From: an uncultured bacterium
GTDB lineage: Bacteria > Gemmatimonadota > Gemmatimonadetes > Gemmatimonadales > Gemmatimonadaceae
DNA: 64,000 bases
Direction: 5' to 3'
NCBI GenBank assembly: GCA_963978095.1
Contig: CAXBQP010000004.1
Coordinates: forward strand, 20,014-84,013
The notes below the pieces were generated by a model that was not told the origin of the DNA, searched no databases, and saw only the letters and a list, made by a program, of their open reading frames with translations. The position numbers and the translations under genes were made by a program. The first letter of the stretch is position 1, and every line of letters begins with the position of its first letter. This document shows, one piece after another, positions 56,070-64,000 of the stretch.

Positions 56070-58202
56070 TCAGGCCGCGGAGGTGCGCCCCATTTTGTAG
56101 AGCGGGACCGCCAAGAAGAGTACATAGGCGGCGACCGCGACGAGCGGGTTGTCCGTCACGACGCTGAGCGACTCGCCGAAGAGCGACGTGGCGGTGATCA
56201 GGTGGTCGAGCTTGGCCGCCTGGAGCGCGGCGAGTGCCACGCCAAGGATGGCGCCACCGGCGATCAGCCCGGAGGAGAAGAGCACGCCCGGGCCGGAATC
56301 GCCGGTGTCCATGCTGGCGGCGGGCTTCCGCTCCACCAGCCACCGGATGATCCCGCCCAGGAAGATCGTGGCGGAGGTCGAGATCGGCAGATACGTGCCA
56401 ACGGCCACGGCGAGCGAGGGGAGGCCGAGCAACTCCATCACGATCGCGATGAAGGCACCGATCAGAATGAGCCCCCAGGGGAGTTTCTGCGTGAGGATGC
56501 CGTCGACCACGAGGGCCATGATCTGGGCCTTGGGAGAGTCGAACTTCGTGACGTGGTTTCCCTTGTAATCCGTCTCCTCGCGGCCCCCGATGCCGGGGTC
56601 GACGAGATACTTGATCGCGCCGGCATCATCGACGAGATACCGGCCGGCCGGTGCGTCGCCGGTGCGCTCGAAGAGGCGTCCCACCTTGTAGGTCGTGCCG
56701 TCGAGCGTCATGGGCTCCGCGTCGAAGGCCGCCACCTGCACGCCGGGAAAATCGCGCGCCACAATCGTCGTGCGCGCGTTGTTGAGGAACGCGATCATGC
56801 CGCCGATCATGATGGCGGAAGTGGTCACGCCGAACAACAGGCCGATCTGCTGGGCGCGAGGCGTCGCGCCCACGAGGAATCCCGTCTTGAGGTCCTGGGA
56901 CGTCGCCGCGCCGACCGCGGCGGCCACGCACACGACTCCACCGATCGAGAGGGCGAGCACGCGGTGCTCGATGCCCGTCCAGCCGACGGCGAAGAAGATC
57001 AGCGAGGTGAGCAGAACCGCCGCGACCGTCATCCCCGAGATCGGGTTGGACGATGCACCGATCTGTCCGCAAATCCGGCTCGATACGGAGACGAACAGAA
57101 AGGCGAAGACGATCGCGAGGACCGCGCCCGCGACATTGATGCCGATCTGCGGCAATGCGACCATCGCCACACCGCAGGCCACCACCCCGCCCACGACCCA
57201 CGTCATCGAGACTTCCTGTTCGGTACGCTGCAAAGCACCACCCGCGACGCCGCGCACATCCCCGAAGCCGGCGACCATCGCCTGCGCGATCATCGGGAGC
57301 GCACGAACAAGGGAGATGAGCCCCGCCGCCGTCACGGCACCCGCGCCGATGTAGAACACGTAGTTCGACCGGACTTGCATGGGCGACATGTTGCTGATGA
57401 GCATCGTCGCCGGGAAGATCGGCGCGGTGAGCCCGGCCCCGAACAGCTTGATGGCCGGAATCAGCACGAAGAAGGAGAGCACGCCGCCGGCGAACAGATA
57501 CCCGCCGACGCGCGCGCCGATGATGTACCCGACGCCGGTCAACTCCGGGCTCACCTCGGCACGGATCTCGCCGATGAGCTCGCTCTTGCCGTTCGGGAGC
57601 GTCCGCGAGAGGATCTTGGCTGGGACCTCCTGCCAGAGCTGTACGCCGATGTTCAGGAGCTTGTACAAGGCGCCGAGCCCGAAGCCGAGGAAGACGGTCT
57701 TGGCCTGCACGCCGCGCTCCTCGCCCACGATCAGCACTTCGGCGCAGGCGGTGCCTTCGGGATACTTGAGCACGCCGTGCTCTTTCACGATCAGTGAGCG
57801 GCGCAGCGGGATCATCAACAGGATCCCCAATAGCCCGCCCACGAGGGCGATGGCCGCGACGGTCGTCCACGGGAGGGTGTAGCCGAGCAGCAGGAGCGCC
57901 GGGAGCGTGAACACCACGCCAGCCGCGATCGACTCACCGGCCGAGCCCACCGTCTGCACCAGATTGTTGCGCAGGATCTGCGATTCGGTGTTCCCGAGCG
58001 CCTTGTTGATCGACCGGAAAATCGTGATCGAGAGGACCGCGATGGGAATCGAGGCGCTGACCGTGAGGCCGACCTTGAGCGCGAGATAAACACTGGAGGC
58101 GGCGAAGATCAGCCCGAGCACGCAGCCGAGCACGACGGCACCGATGGTGAGCTCGGTGAGGCGGCGGTCGGCGGAAACGTAGGGTTCGTGGGAAGTCGAC
58201 AT
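56070..58202 (-). CDS. OPT-family oligopeptide transporter
   Basis: YLALKVGLTVSASIP, YPEGTACA, SSNPISGM, QDLKTGFLVGATP. Confidence 0.94.
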   Translation of the reverse strand: MSTSHEPYVSADRRLTELTIGAVVLGCVLGLIFAASSVYLALKVGLTVSASIPIAVLSITIFRSINKALGNTESQILRNNLVQTVGSAGESIAAGVVFTLPALLLLGYTLPWTTVAAIALVGGLLGILLMIPLRRSLIVKEHGVLKYPEGTACAEVLIVGEERGVQAKTVFLGFGLGALYKLLNIGVQLWQEVPAKILSRTLPNGKSELIGEIRAEVSPELTGVGYIIGARVGGYLFAGGVLSFFVLIPAIKLFGAGLTAPIFPATMLISNMSPMQVRSNYVFYIGAGAVTAAGLISLVRALPMIAQAMVAGFGDVRGVAGGALQRTEQEVSMTWVVGGVVACGVAMVALPQIGINVAGAVLAIVFAFLFVSVSSRICGQIGASSNPISGMTVAAVLLTSLIFFAVGWTGIEHRVLALSIGGVVCVAAAVGAATSQDLKTGFLVGATPRAQQIGLLFGVTTSAIMIGGMIAFLNNARTTIVARDFPGVQVAAFDAEPMTLDGTTYKVGRLFERTGDAPAGRYLVDDAGAIKYLVDPGIGGREETDYKGNHVTKFDSPKAQIMALVVDGILTQKLPWGLILIGAFIAIVMELLGLPSLAVAVGTYLPISTSATIFLGGIIRWLVERKPAASMDTGDSGPGVLFSSGLIAGGAILGVALAALQAAKLDHLITATSLFGESLSVVTDNPLVAVAAYVLFLAVPLYKMGRTSAA

Positions 58203-58342
58203 CCTCGGAATGTGCGGGCGCGCAGGGCTTGTCAGCAACCGCCTGCCGGGGATTCCTTTCGATTTCGGGGGCGCGGCGGTCTCAGCCCGTGCCACCGTGC
58301 CGCAGGTTCCGATTCCCCCTTCGACGTCCGCCGAGGCCCCCG

Positions 58343-60151
58343 GTGATCCGTTCGGTCCGCTTCCTCTCGTTGCTCGTGATGGCGCTGCCGCTCGGCGCTC
58401 AGCCCCGATCCGCAGTCCCGCGGTCGGCGCCCATCAGCGACGTGCGCTACACCGTGCGCTTCACTCCCGGTCTCGGGGTGGAGCGGTCGGTCGAAGTCGG
58501 GATGACCTTCACGGTCAGTGGACGCGATCCCGTGCTGCTCTCGATGCCGGTGTGGACGCCGGGCTCGTACGAGGTGAACAACTGGGCGCGCTTCCTTTCC
58601 GATTTCCATGCGACCACGAAGGGGAGAGCATTGCGATGGGACAAGAGTGACCCGGATACCTGGCGTATCTATTGCGAGGCCGCGGGCGAGGTCACGATCG
58701 CCTACCGGCTGAAGGCGGATTCGCTCGACAACGCCGGTAACTGGGCCCGCGACGAGTTCGTGCTGGTGAACGGGACCGCGTCGTTCCTCTATCCCGAGGG
58801 ACGTCCCCTCGAATTTCCGTCGACGGTGACGGTCAGCACGGAGCCCGCGTGGCGCGTCGTCACCGGACTTCCCGCCACCGGGGCGCGCAGCTTCACCGCC
58901 CCGACGTACCACGAGCTGGTGGACCACCCGTTCTTCATCGGCCGATTCGACGTCGACAGCGCACTCGTGGCCGGGGTGTGGTTCCGTCTGTCAGCATATC
59001 CGGTCGGCAGCACCACGCTCGGGCAGCGTGCGAAACTGCTCGACCAGATGCAGCGTGTGATCCCGAAACAGACCCAGGTCTTCGGCGACACCCCATGGCG
59101 CCGCTATGAGATCATGCAGATCGCCGAGAAGGGGTTCGGCGGCATGAGTGCGCTGGAACATGAGAACTCGAATGTGGCGCTGGTCGAGGCCGAGGCGCTG
59201 GACGAGGAGTTCGTCCCGTCGGTGTATGCGCACGAGATCTTCCATGCGTTCAACGTGAAGCGCGTGCGTCCCGTCGATCTCTGGCCTTATCGGTACGAAG
59301 CGGCGCAGCCGACGCCCTGGTTGTGGGTGAGCGAGGGGATCACCGACTACTACGCGGACCTGTCGTTGCTGCGCGGGGGTGTATGGAAGGAGCCCGACTT
59401 CTTGGGCGCGACGCAGAAGAAGCTTGAGCATGTCGAGGCGACGGTTCCGGTGGCGCTCGAAGATGCGTCGTTGCAGACGTGGTTGCACATGACGGACGGC
59501 ACGAGCGACATCTATTACGACAAGGGATCGCTCGCGGGGCTCGCGCTCGACATCCTGATTCGTGACGCGAGCGACAACGCCGGGTCGCTCGACGACGTGC
59601 TCCGTGAGCTGTACGCGAACGATTTCCGTCAGGGGCGCGGCTTCACGTCCGACGAGTGGTGGGGCGCCGTGAGCCGTGCTGCCACGGGGCTCAAGTTCAC
59701 CGAGTTCGCGAACCGTTTTGTGGATGGTCGCGATCCGTATCCGATGGACAGCTGGCTCGCGAAGGGTGGCTGGCGGATCAGGGCGGACTCCACGCGGGAA
59801 GCGCGGTTCGGCATCTCGCTCTCGACCGACTCGCTCGGCGTGCGCGTGGGCGCGGTCGACCCCTCCGGCGCCGCCGCCGCCGGCGGGATCAAGCTCAATG
59901 ATCTGATCACTGCCGTCGATGGCGTCTCCACCGGCGATCCGGCCTGGCAACGCTGGCGCCAAAAGTACGGTGCCCGCGAGGGCGCGAGGGTCGCGGTCGA
60001 GGTGCTGCGCGAGGGGAAACGCGTCGTGGTGCAGGTCCCGGTGCGTATTTCGGTCCTGATCGAACGACGGATCGAGCCCGACCCGGCCGCCTCTCCCAAG
60101 GCTCAGCGCGTGCGCCAGGGCATCCTGCGAGGGGCCACCAGCCGTCGCTGA
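58343..60151 (+). CDS. M61 glycyl aminopeptidase with PDZ
   Basis: MPVWTPGSY, ALEH, HEIFHAFNVKR, WVSEGITDYY, YYDKG; start approximate. Confidence 0.92.
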   Translation: MIRSVRFLSLLVMALPLGAQPRSAVPRSAPISDVRYTVRFTPGLGVERSVEVGMTFTVSGRDPVLLSMPVWTPGSYEVNNWARFLSDFHATTKGRALRWDKSDPDTWRIYCEAAGEVTIAYRLKADSLDNAGNWARDEFVLVNGTASFLYPEGRPLEFPSTVTVSTEPAWRVVTGLPATGARSFTAPTYHELVDHPFFIGRFDVDSALVAGVWFRLSAYPVGSTTLGQRAKLLDQMQRVIPKQTQVFGDTPWRRYEIMQIAEKGFGGMSALEHENSNVALVEAEALDEEFVPSVYAHEIFHAFNVKRVRPVDLWPYRYEAAQPTPWLWVSEGITDYYADLSLLRGGVWKEPDFLGATQKKLEHVEATVPVALEDASLQTWLHMTDGTSDIYYDKGSLAGLALDILIRDASDNAGSLDDVLRELYANDFRQGRGFTSDEWWGAVSRAATGLKFTEFANRFVDGRDPYPMDSWLAKGGWRIRADSTREARFGISLSTDSLGVRVGAVDPSGAAAAGGIKLNDLITAVDGVSTGDPAWQRWRQKYGAREGARVAVEVLREGKRVVVQVPVRISVLIERRIEPDPAASPKAQRVRQGILRGATSRR

Positions 60152-60156
60152 GCCGG

Positions 60157-61668
60157 CTACGGGCGAATCTTCTTGTAGGCCTCGACCGTCGCCGCGTCGC
60201 GCGCCGGAATCGGCCCCTTCCGGGCCATCTCCTTTTCGATCTCGGCAATCGTGCGCGGAGCTTCGCTCGTGGGGCGCTCGAAGCCGGTCGCCGTCACGAT
60301 GTAATCATCCTCGACGCGCACCCCGATGTTGGCGTACTTCTTGAGTCCCGCCGCGACTTTGCTGCGCAACGCCGCGTTCCGTGGCGTGTCCGGAATGATC
60401 GCGAGGAGGTTCTCCCGCACGTAGATCCCGGGTTCGATCGTGAAGGCGCTGCCGACCGCGAGCGGCGCGCCCGACGAGAATCCGACGTCCACATCATGCA
60501 CATCGAGGCCGATGGGGTGGCCGAGGCCGTGCATGTAGTAGAGGCTCAGCTGCGGGCATGAACGGCCGTTCCCGCAATCATACGTCGCGGTGGGCGATTC
60601 GATCAGCCCGATCGTGGTCAGGCCGTGGCGCAACACGGCGGTCGCGGAGTCATTGAGCGTCGCGAAACGCGTCCCGGGCTTCACCTGCCGCTCCGCCGCC
60701 AGCTGCGCATCGAGGACGATCTGGTAGATGTCCTTCTGCGCCGGTGTGAAGCTGCCGGTCACAGGGACGGTGCGGGTGATGTCGGCGGAGTAGCCGCCGT
60801 AGTAGGCGGCCATGTCCATGTTGACCATCTCCCCGGCCTTCATGAAGCGGTCGTCCTTGTTGTAGTGCAGGGTCGTCGAGTTGGGGCCGGACCCGACGAT
60901 GGATCCGTAACTCGGCCCGTCGGCGCCGTTCCGGCGGAAGGTGTACTCGGCGAGCGCCTGGATCTCGAACTCCGCCAGCTCCGGGGCGATCGCGTGCATG
61001 GCTTGGACGTGCGCCTTGGCGCTGATCTGCGCCGCGGTGCGGATCAGCGCGAGCTCCGCCGGGGATTTCACCCCCCGCAGACGGTTCACGACACTGCCGG
61101 CGTCGCTGACCGTGATGTTGCGATGTGTCAGCTTGAGTTGGTCGATGAACTGGTCGTCGGCGGTCCGGATCGTGGTGCCGCCGGGGACATCCGCGCCACC
61201 GCCGCGCGAGAGATCGCCGACGGCATGGAGGGTTCCGCCCTGGGTGAGAAGCGAATCGAGCGTGGCACGCAACGCGGTGGCGACTCGTCCCGTCATCCCG
61301 GTCTTCGGTTTCACCCCTTCCACGCCGAGCCGCGCGCCGGTCCACACCTCCTGCGCCGGGTCGCGCGGTTCGACGAAGAGCATCTGCTCGATCGTGCCCC
61401 CCTTCTTGACCATCACCAGCGCCGCATCCGGCTCGAGGAATCCGGTCAGGTAGTTGAAGGGCTCGGACTGCCAGAAGTTCTGGAAGTTCTCTTTCGGTTC
61501 ACGGTTCCCGAGTACCAGGATCACACCGTCACCGCTGAGCGACTTCGCGAGCGCGTCGCGCCGTGCGGCGTATTCCGCCTGTGTGACCTGCGCCCCGGCG
61601 ACCGCACCCACCAGCGACTGGAGTGCCAACGCGCACAACAACGAGCGGAAGGAGCGAACGAGCGTCAC
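60157..61668 (-). CDS. Secreted Xaa-Pro aminopeptidase (M24B)
   Basis: YLTGF, VKSPAE, LHY, DMAA...ADITRT, HGLGHPIGLDVHD, TIEPG, GVRVEDD; start approximate. Confidence 0.92.
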   Translation of the reverse strand: MTLVRSFRSLLCALALQSLVGAVAGAQVTQAEYAARRDALAKSLSGDGVILVLGNREPKENFQNFWQSEPFNYLTGFLEPDAALVMVKKGGTIEQMLFVEPRDPAQEVWTGARLGVEGVKPKTGMTGRVATALRATLDSLLTQGGTLHAVGDLSRGGGADVPGGTTIRTADDQFIDQLKLTHRNITVSDAGSVVNRLRGVKSPAELALIRTAAQISAKAHVQAMHAIAPELAEFEIQALAEYTFRRNGADGPSYGSIVGSGPNSTTLHYNKDDRFMKAGEMVNMDMAAYYGGYSADITRTVPVTGSFTPAQKDIYQIVLDAQLAAERQVKPGTRFATLNDSATAVLRHGLTTIGLIESPTATYDCGNGRSCPQLSLYYMHGLGHPIGLDVHDVDVGFSSGAPLAVGSAFTIEPGIYVRENLLAIIPDTPRNAALRSKVAAGLKKYANIGVRVEDDYIVTATGFERPTSEAPRTIAEIEKEMARKGPIPARDAATVEAYKKIRP

Positions 61669-61874
61669 GATGGTCCTCACGAACCGGAATGTTGAGGCGC
61701 AGGACGGACTGCGCGGTCGGCCGCGGGAGGGTGTCCCCCTTCCCACGGCGAGTGTCTTGCCCCAGAATCTACACACGGCCGAGGGTCAACGCTCACTCTC
61801 GAGCCGCCGTATGACTACATCCCCGTCCGCGGTCCGCCGCGGACCCCCACCGCACGCGTTCCACGGAGCTTCGC

Positions 61875-64000
61875 ATGCGTTCCCCCGCCTTCCGACGCCG
61901 GTCCGCCGCCGTCCTGGCCTTCGCGCTGGCCGCGCTCGGCGGCTCGCCGACCCTGGTGTCGGCCCAGAAGGTCACCTCGCCCAAGGAGTACTTCGGGCAC
62001 AACATCGGCGACGATTACTGGCTGCCGAACTACACCCAGTTCATGGGCTACTGGCAGAAGCTCGCCAAGGAGTCGCCCCGCGCGAAACTCGACACCATGG
62101 GGATGACCGCCGAAGGGCGGCCGCAACTCTCCATGATCGTCTCCAGCCCCGAGAACCTGAAGAAGCTCGCGCGGCTCCGCGAGATCTCCAAGAAGCTCGC
62201 CTACGCCGAGATCGGTGAGGCCGAGGCCAAGGCCTTCGCCAAGGAAGGGAAGGCGGTCGTCTGGATCGACGGCGGGTTGCACGCCACCGAAGTGCTCGGC
62301 GCCAATCAGCTGATCGAGACCAACTACCAGATGCTCTCCGGCACCGATGAGGAGACGCTGCGCATCCTGAACGACGTCGTGATCGTGTTCGTGCATGCGA
62401 ATCCGGACGGCATGGAGCTCGTCGCGAACTGGTACATGCAGGAAGCCGATCCGAAGAAGCGCAACATGAACATTCCGCGCCTCTACCAGAAGTACATCGG
62501 GCACGACGACAATCGCGATTTCTACATCGCGAACCAGAACGAATCGACGAACATGAACAAGTGGATGTACCTGACCTGGTTCCCGCAGATCATGTACAAC
62601 CATCACCAGACCGGTCCGGCGGGCGCGGTGATGTTCTCGCCGCCGTTCCGCGATCCGGCCAACTACAACTTCCACGAGTCGATCATCACCGGCATCGACG
62701 TGGTCGGCGCCGCGATCCACGCCCGCATGGAGATGGAGCACAAGCCGGGTGTCGTCGACCGCTCGCTCTCGTCGTACTCGACCTGGTGGAACGGTGGCCT
62801 CCGCACGATGGCCTACTTCCACAACATGATCGGCATCCTGACGGAGACCATCGGCAACCCGACGCCGATGACGATCCCCTTCATCCCGACGCGCATGCTG
62901 CGCTTCGCGGATCAGCCGTACGTGCTCGAGCCGTTCCAGGAATGGCACTTCAAGCAGTCGATCGACTACTCGGTGACCGCCAACAAGGCGATCCTCGACT
63001 ACGCCTCGCGGTACCGTGAGACCGTGCTCTTCAACATTTGGCGCATGGGCCACGACATGATCGAGCGCGGCGGCAAGGACGACTGGATCGTCACGCCGAG
63101 GATCCTCGCCGATGCCGAAGCCAAGATTGGTGGTGGTGCCGGCGGTCGCGGGGGGCGTGGGGCGCCGGTGGCCGACGCGATGGCCAACGCCGACTTCGGT
63201 CGAGGCGGCGGGGCGTCGAAGGACGCATACGAAGAGAACTTCCGCCGCAAGGACCTGCGCGCCCCGCGCGGCTACGTGATCCCGGCGGACCAGCCGGACT
63301 TCCTGACGGCGCAGAAATTCCTCGTGGCCCTGCAGAAGGCGGGGGTGATCGTGCACCGGGCCACGGCGCCCTTCAGCGTGGGCAGCAAGCAGTACGCGGC
63401 GGGTTCGTACGTGGTGAAGACCAATCAGGCCTTCCGTGCCCACGTGCTCGACATGTTCGAACCGCAGGATCACCCGAACGACTTCGCGTACCCGGGTGCG
63501 CCGCCGTCGCGTCCGTACGATAACGCCGGCTGGACCCTCGCCATCCAGATGGGGGTGAAGTTCGACCGCTATCTCGACGGCTTCACCGGTCCCTTCACGC
63601 GCCTCGACCCGCTCACCGACCGCATCAAGCCGGACGTGAAGACGGTGGCCGCGTCGACCGCCGGCTGGGTGATGTCGGGCAAGCAGAATGATGCCTTCCA
63701 CGTCGTTGCCCGCCTGTGGGCTGCCGGCGCGGACGTCTATCGCCTCAACCGCGCCGTCACCTCGGGCGGCAAGACCTACTCGGCCGGATCGTGGTACGTG
63801 CCGGCCAACGCCAAGTCCACTCCGGTCGTGAACGCCTCGGCCAAGGACGTCGGCGTCGAGTTCATGGCGGCGGCGAGCGACCTCTCGTCGAGCGCCGACA
63901 AGACTCCGGCGGCCCGCGTCGCCCTGTGGGACCGCTACGGCGGGTCGATGCCGAGCGGTCATATCCGCTGGTTGCTCGAGCAGTATGAGATCCCGTACAA
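61875..64000 (+). CDS. Secreted M14 zinc carboxypeptidase-like protein, runs off the window edge
   Basis: Manual translation MRSPAFRRRSAAVLAFALAALGG...AQKVTSPKEYFG...WIDGGLHATE...NPDG...HDDNRD...YNHHQ; not in the ORF track. Confidence 0.9.
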   Translation, partial: MRSPAFRRRSAAVLAFALAALGGSPTLVSAQKVTSPKEYFGHNIGDDYWLPNYTQFMGYWQKLAKESPRAKLDTMGMTAEGRPQLSMIVSSPENLKKLARLREISKKLAYAEIGEAEAKAFAKEGKAVVWIDGGLHATEVLGANQLIETNYQMLSGTDEETLRILNDVVIVFVHANPDGMELVANWYMQEADPKKRNMNIPRLYQKYIGHDDNRDFYIANQNESTNMNKWMYLTWFPQIMYNHHQTGPAGAVMFSPPFRDPANYNFHESIITGIDVVGAAIHARMEMEHKPGVVDRSLSSYSTWWNGGLRTMAYFHNMIGILTETIGNPTPMTIPFIPTRMLRFADQPYVLEPFQEWHFKQSIDYSVTANKAILDYASRYRETVLFNIWRMGHDMIERGGKDDWIVTPRILADAEAKIGGGAGGRGGRGAPVADAMANADFGRGGGASKDAYEENFRRKDLRAPRGYVIPADQPDFLTAQKFLVALQKAGVIVHRATAPFSVGSKQYAAGSYVVKTNQAFRAHVLDMFEPQDHPNDFAYPGAPPSRPYDNAGWTLAIQMGVKFDRYLDGFTGPFTRLDPLTDRIKPDVKTVAASTAGWVMSGKQNDAFHVVARLWAAGADVYRLNRAVTSGGKTYSAGSWYVPANAKSTPVVNASAKDVGVEFMAAASDLSSSADKTPAARVALWDRYGGSMPSGHIRWLLEQYEIPY

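Overview
GC-rich, gene-dense chromosomal segment. Gene content and style (many secreted peptidases, GGRGG-rich proteins, TonB-like proteins, a CcoNO fusion) suggest a Gemmatimonadota-like bacterium; this is inference. Left to right it holds: the start of a caa3-type oxidase operon (coxB with a cytochrome c domain, partial coxA); a SET-domain protein; an M1 peptidase; a rhodanese remnant; a TPR-S9 peptidase fusion; a cNMP-domain/aspartase fusion; a GT4/deacetylase pair; a Tat-exported Ntn asparaginase; an RCK channel with an atypical filter; a Ser/Thr kinase; leuS; DUF1080; a ferritin-like/VIT1 protein; kup; padR; tonB; an ECF sigma/anti-sigma/LTxxQ/TolC/MFP/MacB-permease operon with no ATPase; a TetR-TolC-EmrAB efflux operon; a complete cbb3 oxidase and maturation cluster; cyclophilin; nth; and a ~15 kb peptidase/OPT-transporter cluster. 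I saw no rRNA, tRNA, CRISPR array, integrase or transposase. No single obvious novel system stands out. The best leads are the cNMP-aspartase fusion, the TTTGLK-filter channel, a lipoprotein-anchored TonB C-terminal domain, a signal-less Cys-rich BtuF-like protein, and several precise cis-regulatory elements. All family calls come from motif recognition by eye, not database searches.
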